Positions 48,365-60,557 of a stretch of DNA of 64,000 bases are shown here, one piece after another. The translations under genes were made by a program, and so were the position numbers. Under the pieces are notes generated by a model. That model had not been told where the DNA came from, did not search any database, and was given only the letters and a program-made list of their open reading frames with translations. Within the stretch, counting starts at the first letter, position 1. Every line of letters starts with the position of its first letter. The stretch is from Monocercomonoides exilis PA203. Its lineage: Eukaryota > Protista > Preaxostyla. The DNA is taken from NCBI GenBank assembly GCA_001643675.2, contig LSRY02000028.1, positions 744,001 to 808,000 on the forward strand, given 5' to 3'.

Positions 48365-51300
48365 TTAGACGTGTGCGCTCATTTCAATTTCGTTATCTTT
48401 TTCATCATCTGAATTTTCACTATATTTAGATCTTCTTCTTCTTCTGACAATAACAACAACAACTATAATAATAACAACAACTGCAATCACAAATACAATT
48501 GGAACGACAACAGCCACAACAATCACAGCTGTTTTTGTTTTTGGTTTTTCTTTTTCATCAGGATTGGGATCTTCGCTGCTTTTCTTCACATACTTCTCAT
48601 AAACGTCCTCTGGATCAGAAGATGGATCAGATGCTCCAACAACCCACCCTGCATTTGAGTCATTGTAATTTTTGGCGAAATCGAATGCACCATTTTGTTT
48701 ACTAAATTCATCAAAGTCTGGAGCGATGATGCACAATGATGCAGATGATGAGCCTGCCGAATTTGTTTCATCAATTTCCAAATTATTCTCTGTTGGAAGC
48801 GCCAAATTTGATGTTGCCTTCTTCAGTTCAATGTATATAGCTCCTGATTTGCCTTCCTGAGTAGCGCATGACTTAAATGAACATTTTTCCGATCTTCCTA
48901 TTTCCACTTTGGATTTATCTGATTTTAAATCAATGAGTAGTCCTGCTGTTTTTGATTTTTTAGAAGAGATTTCATTCATTTTCAATCCTTCAACTTTGAC
49001 GTCGCATGAAACACTTTCGCCGGCTTCAATGTTAATCGCAGCTCCTTCAACAATGTCCACTTTGCTTATATCCACTCCTTTTAAATTAATCTTGTTCGCT
49101 CCATTAATGTCAATTAATGGCTCGTTAAAGGTAACTTTTTCTTTTTCATCGGAACATGAAACTGAATCCAGATAAATTGAGCCTTTTGAAGCTTTCACAA
49201 GATTGATTGCAATGCTGCTGCTGCCATCAACGTTTTTGAGCATTCTTCCTTGTGATCCAGTTATTGGTCTAACAAATCGGCAGTTGCTAAGAGTTAAAGA
49301 TTCTGATTCGCTATCAGCAAAAATTAAAGCAAATGGATCTGTGTTGAAGTTTTTATTAATTTTTTTAACTTCATCCAATGAGTTCGGGAAAATGAAGGCT
49401 AAATACTTAAATGTAATTGTTTGCTTGCATGTAAACAAGTTTCCTCCTGGATGAATATCGCAGTTCAACAATGCTTCCTTGTTTGCTTCAACTCCATCTG
49501 TCTTTTCAATTCCTTCAATATTTATTCCCTGAGGAACATCAAACGTAATTGAATCGACCTTTAATGCGTTTGCGCTTTTAATGATTTTCATAGAATATTG
49601 TCTCCTTTTCACATCATATTTAAATGATCTTACCATGTCAATAAATGAATTAGAAGGGTGTTCAAATGATAAACCATCATTATTCTTCAATCCATCACTT
49701 TTCAAATATCTTTCAACAGATACATCGAAATATTCTTCAGTAAAATCGATATCGTCAACACCTGCACCACCAAATGCTGCGACAACCCAGTCGTCCTGTC
49801 CTCGCTTGTATTCGCTTGCAAACTTAGTATGCATATTATTTGCAATATCTGCAATTACAGAAGCCTGAACTTCAAGATATAAGCCTGTCTTTTTCTGTGT
49901 ATTGCCTGTCCCTGCTGTGCATCCGGTGAATGTCAATTTTCCGCTTGAAGGCCAAGTGAATTTTTCATAGTCTGTAATCCCATCCATTTTCAGATAAATA
50001 CCTCCAGACTTCCCATGGGCGCAGGTGCATGAAGCAAATGTTGTAGTGGTTGTATCGCAGATTTCAAATGTACTGGCGAGATTGCTGCTTTCAATATACA
50101 ACGCTCCGCTTTTTGCCGTTTGTGGTTCTGCTGCTGCTTCTTCTGATGCACATTTTGTAAATTTGCAGCCGTCCAACGTCACTGCGATGCCAATCTCACC
50201 GCTTCCAACAATTTTCATCACAGGGCCTGTTTTCGATGTAATCTCTGACAATTGCAAATCTTTCAAAGAAACCTTTGTCACTCCAGTAATCAAAAACGGC
50301 GATGTTGAAAACGAAATTGGATTCTCGGTGGCTGTGCCTATAACTGTTTCCATCGTCAATATGCCTGCTTCCACTTTCACAAGAGTGGTTCCTAGTGCTT
50401 GTGATTCGTCTCCTTCGCCATTTCCTCCGGGTGTCTGTTGATTCGGTCGCACAAAATCGCAGCTAATCAAACTCAGCGAAGCTGAAGCATCTGTTGCATG
50501 AATCAATGAATTTGTTCCCGTAAGTGTTCCAAACTTAAAAGAGATTTTCCTGAATTCCACTGTTTGCGTGCAAGTAAAAAGAACAGTGCCATCTGTCATA
50601 GAGCAAACAATAGTTGCCTTTGCTTCGATTTCTGTTTGGTCTTCACCTTCATTTCCCTGTTTATCGACTCCCACAACGGTGATTCCCTTTTGTTTGTTAA
50701 ATGTTACAGCTTCACTTGTAGGAAATTCGTCAGTTGCAATAACTTTAATGTGATATCCCCCTTCCGCTGGATCGCCTGTAAGCAAAGTGTTTGCTTTTTC
50801 CAGAGTATTCACTGGTGTTTCAAATGTTTTCCCACTTGCATCTGAGGTGCCACTTTGACCCACATAAATAGTAGTAGGCTCTCCTGTTGGTGGATCTTCT
50901 GGATCGAAATATTCTTCAGTAAAATCGATATCGTCAACACCTGCACCACCAAATGCTGCGACAACCCAGTCGTCCTGTCCTCGCTTGTATTCGCTTGCAA
51001 ACTTAGTATGCATATTATTTGCAATATCTGCAATTACAGAAGCCTGAACTTCAAGATATAAGCCTGTCTTTTTCTGTGTATTGCCTGTCCCTGCTGTGCA
51101 TCCGGTGAATGTCAATTTTCCGCTTGAAGGCCAAGTGAATTTTTCATAGTCTGTAATCCCATCCATTTTCAGATAAATACCTCCAGACTTCCCATGGGCG
51201 CAGGTGCATGAAGCAAATGTTGTAGTGGTTGTATCGCAGATTTCAAATGTACTGGCGAGATTGCTGCTTTCAATATACAACGCTCCGCTTTTTGCCGTTT

Positions 51301-53320
51301 GTGGTTCTGCTGCTGCTTCTTCTGATGCACATTTTGTAAATTTGCAGCCGTCCAACGTCACTGCGATGCCAATCTCACCGCTTCCAACAATTTTCATCAC
51401 AGGGCCTGTTTTCGATGTAATCTCTGACAATTGCAAATCTTTCAAAGAAACCTTTGTCACTCCAGTAATCAAAAACGGCGATGTTGAAAACGAAATTGGA
51501 TTCTCGGTGGCTGTGCCTATAACTGTTTCCATCGTCAATATGCCTGCTTCCACTTTCACAAGAGTGGTTCCTAGTGCTTGTGATTCGTCTCCTTCGCCAT
51601 TTCCTCCGGGTGTCTGTTGATTCGGTCGCACAAAATCGCAGCTAATCAAACTCAGCGAAGCTGAAGCATCTGTTGCATGAATCAATGAATTTGTTCCCGT
51701 AAGTGTTCCAAACTTAAAAGAGATTTTCCTGAATTCCACTGTTTGCGTGCAAGTAAAAAGAACAGTGCCATCTGTCATAGAGCAAACAATAGTTGCCTTT
51801 GCTTCGATTTCTGTTTGGTCTTCACCTTCATTTCCCTGTTTATCGACTCCCACAACGGTGATTCCCTTTTGTTTGTTAAATGTTACAGCTTCACTTGTAG
51901 GAAATTCGTCAGTTGCAATAACTTTAATGTGATATCCCCCTTCCGCTGGATCGCCTGTAAGCAAAGTGTTTGCTTTTTCCAGAGTATTCACTGGTGTTTC
52001 AAATGTTTTCCCACTTGCATCTGAGGTGCCACTTTGACCCACATAAATAGTAGTAGGCTCTCCTGTTGGTGGATCTTCTGGATCGAAATATTCTTCAGTA
52101 AAATCGATATCGTCAACACCTGCACCACCAAATGCTGCGACAACCCAGTCGTCCTGTCCTCGCTTGTATTCGCTTGCAAACTTAGTATGCATATTATTTG
52201 CAATATCTGCAATTACAGAAGCCTGAACTTCAAGATATAAGCCTGTCTTTTTCTGTGTATTGCCTGTCCCTGCTGTGCATCCGGTGAATGTCAATTTTCC
52301 GCTTGAAGGCCAAGTGAATTTTTCATAGTCTGTAATCCCATCCATTTTCAGATAAATACCTCCAGACTTCCCATGGGCGCAGGTGCATGAAGCAAATGTT
52401 GTAGTGGTTGTATCGCAGATTTCAAATGTACTGGCGAGATTGCTGCTTTCAATATACAACGCTCCGCTTTTTGCCGTTTGTGGTTCTGCTGCTGCTTCTT
52501 CTGATGCACATTTTGTAAATTTGCAGCCGTCCAACGTCACTGCGATGCCAATCTCACCGCTTCCAACAATTTTCATCACAGGGCCTGTTTTCGATGTAAT
52601 CTCTGACAATTGCAAATCTTTCAAAGAAACCTTTGTCACTCCAGTAATCAAAAACGGCGATGTTGAAAACGAAATTGGATTCTCGGTGGCTGTGCCTATA
52701 ACTGTTTCCATCGTCAATATGCCTGCTTCCACTTTCACAAGAGTGGTTCCTAGTGCTTGTGATTCGTCTCCTTCGCCATTTCCTCCGGGTGTCTGTTGAT
52801 TCGGTCGCACAAAATCGCAGCTAATCAAACTCAGCGAAGCTGAAGCATCTGTTGCATGAATCAATGAATTTGTTCCCGTAAGTGTTCCAAACTTAAAAGA
52901 GATTTTCCTGAATTCCACTGTTTGCGTGCAAGTAAAAAGAACAGTGCCATCTGTCATAGAGCAAACAATAGTTGCCTTTGCTTCGATTTCTGTTTGGTCT
53001 TCACCTTCATTTCCCTGTTTATCGACTCCCACAACGGTGATTCCCTTTTGTTTGTTAAATGTTACAGCTTCACTTGTAGGAAATTCGTCAGTTGCAATAA
53101 CTTTAATGTGATATCCCCCTTCCGCTGGATCGCCTGTAAGCAAAGTGTTTGCTTTTTCCAGAGTATTCACTGGTGTTTCAAATGTTTTCCCACTTGCATC
53201 TGAGGTGCCACTTTGACCCACATAAATAGTAGTAGGCTCTCCTGTTGATGGATCTTCTTGATCTTGATTTTGTAGGTAAATTGATGTTATTATCAAAGTA
53301 AATTTTAATATATTTATCAT
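48365..53320 (-). CDS. Type I membrane surface protein with three near-identical 393-aa repeats plus one diverged copy
   Basis: Signal-like MINILKFTLIITSIYL; repeated domain; TM segment AVIVVAVVVPIVFVIAVVVIIIVVVVIV followed by RRRRR and a short cytoplasmic tail. No introns. Confidence 0.9.
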   Translation of the reverse strand: MINILKFTLIITSIYLQNQDQEDPSTGEPTTIYVGQSGTSDASGKTFETPVNTLEKANTLLTGDPAEGGYHIKVIATDEFPTSEAVTFNKQKGITVVGVDKQGNEGEDQTEIEAKATIVCSMTDGTVLFTCTQTVEFRKISFKFGTLTGTNSLIHATDASASLSLISCDFVRPNQQTPGGNGEGDESQALGTTLVKVEAGILTMETVIGTATENPISFSTSPFLITGVTKVSLKDLQLSEITSKTGPVMKIVGSGEIGIAVTLDGCKFTKCASEEAAAEPQTAKSGALYIESSNLASTFEICDTTTTTFASCTCAHGKSGGIYLKMDGITDYEKFTWPSSGKLTFTGCTAGTGNTQKKTGLYLEVQASVIADIANNMHTKFASEYKRGQDDWVVAAFGGAGVDDIDFTEEYFDPEDPPTGEPTTIYVGQSGTSDASGKTFETPVNTLEKANTLLTGDPAEGGYHIKVIATDEFPTSEAVTFNKQKGITVVGVDKQGNEGEDQTEIEAKATIVCSMTDGTVLFTCTQTVEFRKISFKFGTLTGTNSLIHATDASASLSLISCDFVRPNQQTPGGNGEGDESQALGTTLVKVEAGILTMETVIGTATENPISFSTSPFLITGVTKVSLKDLQLSEITSKTGPVMKIVGSGEIGIAVTLDGCKFTKCASEEAAAEPQTAKSGALYIESSNLASTFEICDTTTTTFASCTCAHGKSGGIYLKMDGITDYEKFTWPSSGKLTFTGCTAGTGNTQKKTGLYLEVQASVIADIANNMHTKFASEYKRGQDDWVVAAFGGAGVDDIDFTEEYFDPEDPPTGEPTTIYVGQSGTSDASGKTFETPVNTLEKANTLLTGDPAEGGYHIKVIATDEFPTSEAVTFNKQKGITVVGVDKQGNEGEDQTEIEAKATIVCSMTDGTVLFTCTQTVEFRKISFKFGTLTGTNSLIHATDASASLSLISCDFVRPNQQTPGGNGEGDESQALGTTLVKVEAGILTMETVIGTATENPISFSTSPFLITGVTKVSLKDLQLSEITSKTGPVMKIVGSGEIGIAVTLDGCKFTKCASEEAAAEPQTAKSGALYIESSNLASTFEICDTTTTTFASCTCAHGKSGGIYLKMDGITDYEKFTWPSSGKLTFTGCTAGTGNTQKKTGLYLEVQASVIADIANNMHTKFASEYKRGQDDWVVAAFGGAGVDDIDFTEEYFDVSVERYLKSDGLKNNDGLSFEHPSNSFIDMVRSFKYDVKRRQYSMKIIKSANALKVDSITFDVPQGINIEGIEKTDGVEANKEALLNCDIHPGGNLFTCKQTITFKYLAFIFPNSLDEVKKINKNFNTDPFALIFADSESESLTLSNCRFVRPITGSQGRMLKNVDGSSSIAINLVKASKGSIYLDSVSCSDEKEKVTFNEPLIDINGANKINLKGVDISKVDIVEGAAINIEAGESVSCDVKVEGLKMNEISSKKSKTAGLLIDLKSDKSKVEIGRSEKCSFKSCATQEGKSGAIYIELKKATSNLALPTENNLEIDETNSAGSSSASLCIIAPDFDEFSKQNGAFDFAKNYNDSNAGWVVGASDPSSDPEDVYEKYVKKSSEDPNPDEKEKPKTKTAVIVVAVVVPIVFVIAVVVIIIVVVVIVRRRRRSKYSENSDDEKDNEIEMSAHV
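49724..53258. repeat. Three tandem near-exact 1179-bp repeats
   Basis: Unit starts at 49724, 50903 and 52082. Identical shadow ORFs recur with period 1179 (50025/51204/52383). Confidence 0.97.
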
Positions 53321-53662
53321 TTTAGATTTTATCAAGTTCTGGATCAATTTCTTTGTGTATTTTGTATTTAATTTACTTTGTATAAAGGTTATTATTTATT
53401 GTTTTTTTTTCATTTAAGGTTTGAGTGAATTGTGATAAAAATTTTTGATCAGTCAGTGTTTTTCGTTTTTTTTAAAAGAGTTAATTTTGGTTGTTAAAGG
53501 CTTTCTTTATAATATAGTTATTGATAATATTTTCATTGTTTTGAAAAAAGTGTCATTTAATTTAAATTTAAACTTTTTTGTTTGTTTGACCGTTTCGAAA
53601 TGAATAGTTTTCAGAAAAAGCAAAACAATTAGACGAATATCAAATTGTCACACTTATGCTGA

Positions 53663-53752
53663 TTTTTTTTTTTTTTTTTTTTTTTTTTGTTTTGTTTTGT
53701 TTTGTTTTGTTTTGTTTTGTTTTGTTTTGTTTTGTTTTGTTTTGTTTTGTTC
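53663..53752. repeat. Poly(T) plus (GTTTT)n microsatellite
   Basis: Directly visible. Confidence 0.9.
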
Positions 53753-53842
53753 TATTCTTAATTTTTTTTTTAATTTTTGAATTATAATTATTATTTTTTT
53801 AAACATTTATAATAAATTGTTTTTTCAGATTAAACTGAAATA

Positions 53843-54187
53843 CAGTGAAGCTCGGTTATTATCACAATCCATTTTTCACGATTTTTTGCAATTATAATCG
53901 AACCTGATTATTACCGAAATAGTTTTTTCTTTGAATATAATTTCTTAATATATCTTTATCCAACAAAAAAGAAAAAATACAAAGAATTTCAAAATAGACC
54001 ATCTTTTATGAATTTGGCAATAAATAATGCATCATTGAACGTTATCGTTAACATTGAAGCAGAAAACAACAATTTTCATGTTGAAAAAAATTTGAAAATA
54101 GTCATAAAAATACATATCATTTTTTGAAAAATTGTGATTATTCGCAGTCTTGATTAGAATGGAGGCGATTAAAACCGATCTTTACTG
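53843..54187. mobile_element. Degenerate pogo/Tc1-mariner-type MITE (CAGT termini)
   Basis: Left TA|CAGTGAAGCTCGGTTATTATCAC; right reverse complement CAGTAAAGATCGGTTTTAATCGC. The TA TSD is intact only on the left. Confidence 0.55.
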
Positions 54188-55329
54188 AATGTCTTTTTCT
54201 GATAAACTTCAAAAATTGGATTTCTTTAAACATTAATCAATAGAAATTTGCACTTTATTTTCGAAATTAGTAAAAAACGGTAATTTCAGAGTTTAATGAG
54301 TTTTTAATATTTTATTGGGGTAATTGAAAAAAGTTTTGTTTTAAAGCTTTCATAATTTTGTTGATCCTTTTTCATATTATTGTTTCGTTGAAGTTTTGAT
54401 TAATATTTTAACTACAATGGGATTTGAAATAAATTAACTTTAGCGGTTTATGCCATCAGTTTAAATATTTTTTTTAGAAAAATTCCTTTTGTTTTATTTA
54501 TAAATGAAAAATTTTCATATTTCGAACAAATTTCTGTACCAACTTACCAAATTTCAAAGTCATGAAAAAACAATCTCGATAATGGTTTTTTTTCCATGTT
54601 AGTGAAGAATTGTGTTTGAGAACCGAAATTTGATCGAAGAATGAAATTTTTGTTTTGTTTGAAAATTAAACAAAAGGAACTTTTCGAAAATATTTAGACA
54701 ATATAAACATTTTTATAAAGCAAACAACAAAAATGAGGAAGAGGGTGTGGATTGTCAACACTTATTGTTTGATTTCTATATTTATTTTTGTTATTATTTC
54801 AGTATAATTTTTTCAACACTGCATTTTTTCTTCTTGTTCAGTGTTTTGCGTATTTCAAGGATATAAGCGAATAGTGTCTCAAAATTGCATTTTTTTGAAT
54901 TTTCGAACCTTTGAGCCATGAAAAAATAACTATTTGTGTCAGAAATATCAAAAGAAATAATGTTTGCTGAGGTTTGTTGTTTTTTAAGTCAATTACACGC
55001 AATTAACGAACACTCCTTTATGTTTTATCAGTTAGAGAATAACAATTGACTGTCATTGAAATATTTTGAACTTTTCTTTTTTTTCAATGTCTATTTTTCC
55101 ATCAGTTCCTATTTTTGTTTTTAATTGGTTTTTATCATTTTAATGTTTGTCATCAACAAATCTTTAACCTTTTATATTTTTTCTTCATCAATCATATAAA
55201 CATGCAGAACATTTTCTTTAAAAGCGCATCCTTCTGATTATATTTGTTTCAGAAAAATACGAAATTACAAAACATGATGAAATAATAAGGATCTCTATTG
55301 TTTATTTGCAAAAAAAAGTCGGAAACAAT

Positions 55330-56620
55330 TAATTAAAATGACAAAAACTTGCACAAGTTTTTTAATTACCTGCAGTTGTGGACAGATAACATTTTCGACG
55401 TGAGAAGTTGTTCTTCTGACCTCTCTTGGAGAAATCTCTTTGAAAGTTTAAAGAATAGTGAAAATTAAGTGGTTTTCACCTTCCCAACAAAGAGATTGTT
55501 CCTCCACTCTCTTTTTCCAAAAATCGAAAATATTCTCGATCGGATTCAGAATTGGGGAATAGACTGCATTGAATGAAATTTGATGGCCAGCCTCCTTCAC
55601 AATTTCATCTGTGTGAATGTGATGAATTGTTACGTTATCTAAGGCAATAACAGAAGAATCATTTTCTATGATTGATAGAAGAAATTTTTTTGTGCAGGCC
55701 TCAAATAACTCATGGTTCATTGTTCCTCGCACAATTTCTGTGTAGTCCATTCCTTTTGTTGATATTGACGTGACAGCTGTCAAACATTGATGAATAGGAG
55801 GTGGCGGAATCAACACCTTTTCACCCATTTGTGACCATCCATATTTCCGAATGCACTCAATATTCCAGGATGTTTCGTCAATGAAGAATATCATAGCTCC
55901 ATCTCTTTGATATTCGAAAAACTTTTCCACAAAAGCAATTCGAATTGTTTTATTTTCCTCTGTATTTCCGGATGAAAATCTGACTGTTATTCTTTCTAAT
56001 GAAAATTGTGGATATTTCTGAGTATTTTCATTTTTTTCTGTAAGCATGCGATGAATTGTTGTTCTATCTATTGTTCTTCCTGTCATTGACATCTCTTTTG
56101 ACATTTTCCTTAAAGTTGTCAATAGATCTTTTCGAAGTTTTTCTCTGATAATCTCTTTGAATTATTGATTGAATGCATTTTGCTTTCTTCCTTTATGATT
56201 TAACGGAAAGGAAATATCAATTCCGCTTCTCAATTTTGCGAGACACATTGATGAAGGTATTGTGGTCAATGCTCATTCGCTTGGATTCCATGATTCTGAT
56301 TTTTCTTGGCCGTATTTCCTGCAAAGAGAAGAAAGTTTCATTCTTTTATCCAGAGTTGCAGGCGTGTAAGTATTTTTCTTTTTTTGTTTTCCACCAAATT
56401 CCACATTTCGCAGCTCCTCAATTTTTTTCTCTCTCTCTTCTTTTTCCTTTATTTGAGCTTTCATCCGTATCATTTGGTGATATTGTTCTTCCAAAGGATG
56501 AATCACAGGGCAAATGATTGGTTCAAATCAATATTCGGATAGAGGAGGCACAGTTCTTGATATTTGTTCTTTTTATTTTTTTGTTCGCTCATCCAGGATG
56601 AAAATATTGTCTTCGTTCAT
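55330..56620 (-). pseudogene. IS630/Tc1-mariner-type DDE transposase pseudogene
   Basis: FFIDETSWN...YGWS..G, LDNVTIHH and YSPILNPIENIF (D-x33-E). ORFs 56273-56506 and 55448-56122 share a frame with in-frame stops at 56273, about 56162 and 55448; plausible C-terminal helix after the last stop. Ends approximate, TIRs not found. Confidence 0.85.
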
Positions 56621-57909
56621 TATTCTTTGATCTGTATTTTTAAGAATCGGATTTTTCAAACAATTTAAATTTTCTGGATGATAGACATAAAAAAAAGGAC
56701 AGATCAACAATTTTTTGTGGAAGACTGTCATTACATTCGTTTCGCACACAAATTAATATCAAATAGAAAAAAAGGGTCAGAATGGACTCAACCGACACGC
56801 TAATATTGACAGATATAATCATTTTTCTAGCACATTAAATGATCAATATTTAATATATTCTTATTTGATTTTAAAAAATTAACTTTGTTCAAATATTTAG
56901 AATCATCTTCTTTCTTATCATTAATTTACAAATATAATTGGATTTTCTTGGAAAACCCCACTTTTTTACCTTTTTCTTAACCCTAGCAAATAAAACACGA
57001 AAACAATCAGTCGTATAACGCTAAAAAATCTTCAGTTCAGAGATTGTTTAAGGAAAGAAAAAATATAAAATTAAAATGTGTGTGATCAAAATAGGTGTTG
57101 ATTAGATACAATGCAGATTAAATTGAGAAATTTGAATTAATCGAGGTTTTTTTTAATAAACCTATGTTAATTTGAATAAAGACCACTTTTTTCAAATTAA
57201 AGGGCAAAAATTAAAAATCAACAAGAGATTTTAAATTAGAAAAGATCATTTAAATTAATAACAATTGTGGGAAGGGAAAATAAAACAAACAAAAAACACT
57301 GATAAAATTAAAGTGGAAATAAAAGAAAAATTGAACATTTTTTGACAGTCTTATTAACCAAACCTCGATAATTCTATGGAAGCTTGTTTTCACGCTAAAA
57401 TAAAATAAATATTAAATAAATAATTTGTTAATAAAGTGAAATTATAATTTGTTTTGAGTTTTGTGTGAAGAATGATTCGCTTCAAAGATAATTTTTATAG
57501 TTTTTGCATTAATAATAAAAAGAAAACAATATAATTCTGACAATTTTTTGAAAAAAAATATTTTTCCTGCAAACATTTCATTAAACTGTAAATATTTTCA
57601 CAACAAGCATTGCACAGCGATGTTGAAGTTGTGGAATCAAAGGCCAATTTCTTTTGCTTTTATCATTTCCTCAATTTCATTTAATTCTGTTGATCATGTT
57701 TTTTTCTGATGTTTCTATTTCAAAAATTAAAAAAATGATCTTTCTCTTTTTCTTTCTTAAAAAACTCCCTCTTTCTTTTCGTCTTGTAAGTCATCTTTAT
57801 TTTCGTTATCAATTCTCTCTTCATTTTCATACCACATCCCCGTAAAATCTCTAATGCCAACTTCTTTGAAAAGAAGTACATTTTCTTCCTTTCGCCTTTG
57901 CATCTATTT

Positions 57910-59383
57910 TTAGAAGCATCCCGCATTTTCTGTAATTTTTTCCTCTTTTATTTTCTCGATATCCGTTTTCCTTTCGCTCACAGAGCAGCTGGAGAAATTG
58001 CTGTTGCTCGCCGAAAACGAATTGGCAGGGGCAGATGAGGCGAATGAGATGCACCCGTCATTGGTGGCAGTCTGTTGGTTTAGCGGAGCTGAGTTGATGT
58101 TGGTGATGGTGCAGTTGGCGAGGGAGATGGAGAGGGCAGGGGAGGTGGCAGAGGAGAGGACATAGCTGGCGGGGGTGGCTGTGGAGGTGATATCGGTGAT
58201 GTTGGAGGAGGTGAGAGTGAGGGGCGCTGTGAGGGAGGTGAAGTGGAAGATGCTTTGGCTGTTGAGGGTGAGACTGGTGATTGCTGCGTGGTTGATGATT
58301 GGAAGCCAGCTGTTGTATTCGGAGTTGTCAGATGTTCCTTGATTCCACTCTCTTTTTGTTGAGGTTGTTGATCCACAATTCTCAAATGGAGATTGAGTAA
58401 TGAAATTACCATTGAAGAACACATCATTTCCTCTGCCATTCGTTGCTGTGTTGCCATCGAAGAAACAGAATGTGATGAATTTGAACCCGCTCATCCAAGT
58501 GAAGGTGTTTGTGCAACACAGTCCAGCTCCTCAACGTGTGGAAGATGCACTTGTCAATTTATTATTTCTAAACTGACAATCATTGATTGAAAATTGGCTA
58601 GGTTTATTATTTGGAGGGTCATAAAATGTTAACGATCCGGCTGAATTGCCACCAGTATTGGCGATACACATGCAGCTTGAAAACAAGTATTTTGCATTAT
58701 TTGGCATATTATTGAGTCTGAAATACCAGCCAGTTCCACACCAATCAGTCATTTCACAAGTTTCAACTCTGTTTTCTGAGAATGTCCAAACAGAATTGGA
58801 TTGAGGATTAACTACACAATTCGCTCCTCCATGTAATGCAGAACAACTTGTGAAATTTGATTTTAAGATGTTTAACTTCAACGAATGATTACAGTATAAC
58901 GCTCCACCATGGCCATTACCTGTACATGAACAATTGTTGAATGAACAAGAAGTGATTGTGAGGTTAGCATTTGTGCATTCTTCATAAAGTGATCCACCAT
59001 GACTTGATCCACCATTTGTATCATTCCATTCGCACCATCCAAAGCGATGTTTTTCCTGTACGAATGAATCCTGCAATCCAAGTGTTTTTCTGTCAGTTTC
59101 ATTTCCTTCGTTTTCCACAGGATTATTTGCTGAAGATTGTGTTTGGTGAAGAAAAGATGTGTTGAAGGCAGAGAGTGAATTATCTGAGCAGTTGAGGGAA
59201 GTAACGATTGATCATTTGATAGTGTTCTGAATGTGTCGGAAGAGAAATCTGTTGATGAAGACACGAGAGAATAAATAGATGTGATTATGGAAATTAAATA
59301 TCTGGTTGCGAGTAATCCTGAGGATGAAGAAAGATAAAAACATGGATCAACAAAAGGCAAATGGTTTATATAATTTATAACAT
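57910..59383 (-). pseudogene. Fragmented surface-protein (GGALY/beta-helix-like repeat) pseudogene
   Basis: Broken ORFs 58878-59360, 58531-59118 and 57910-58494 with HGGALYC, SNFTSCSALHGGA and FFDGNTATNGRGNDVFF motifs in different frames. Confidence 0.6.
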
Positions 59384-60557
59384 GGAAGAAAATTGTGTTA
59401 TCGAATAAATAAAAAAAAATATTGAAAAAATTATTTTTGAAAAAATTTTAAATGTTCTTTATAAAAAACGAAATCTTGAAAAGCAACCTAATATTCCTTT
59501 AAACATTAAGTATTCAATATATTTCTTGTTTATGTTTCATTATATTGTTTCTCAACAAGGCGAAAAATGTTAAACAATATCATTTGAAAATTTCTGTTGC
59601 AAAAAACTTTAAAGGCAAAGTCATCCAAAGGGAATTAATAAAGTTGACATTGAAGTTGTTGTTGATGTAACAATTATAAGAAACAATTGACAATTGTGAC
59701 AAAATAAACTGAAAGTTTTCAGAAGCTTTTATGATTTGTATATTGGGAAAATTGAATTTTTAATTGCAACAATCATTCAAACTCTCATTGTGAAGCTCAT
59801 ATCTTCGATTGCATATGTTAGAATAACGTTTTTAACGGAGTATCGAATTGTTCTATTTTTTCGGAGAAGATTATTGAAAGATCAAATTTTTTTAAAAAAG
59901 AAAATCAAATTTAACTTCATTATTTTATATCAATCTTTCATGCTAATAATCTAACACAATCATTTTTCATGTTTTGCACATTCAATTCAAAATCGCTTGC
60001 GCATTTTAAAAATAAGCCAGTCAATTTAAATAAACAAGGGTATTTTTAAACAACCCCACAATTTTGAATTTTTTTTTCAATTTGAATAATGTGATCCAAT
60101 CTGCATTGAATCTATTGATTCCACTTTGACCAAAAAAAGCTTGATAAATAGTGTAAAATAAATAACTTTAATTATATTTAAAAAAGAAAAAAAATTCTTT
60201 TTTCACATGAAAAGAATTGCGAATTTAATGAAAGAAGACAAATATATAATCTTGTCTTTTCATCAATCAATTGTCACTCGATCAACAACCAACAAATTTA
60301 TGAATGTCCAATTAAAACTTGTTATGCACGAGCACATACGATTAATTTTCTTTTGAGATGAAGAAGAAAAATTAGGAGAGAATGCAATAATAAAAGAAAT
60401 AACATTTGCCAGTGTATTTTGAAATCATGGAGCGATGATAAAGATAAAAAATTTGGCTATTCAGAATTAAAAATAATAAAAAAATAGTTGTGTCCAGACA
60501 TAATGACTGAAACAACGTCAAAGATGAAGCATGATAAGAAGAAAATAAAGTTGAATT

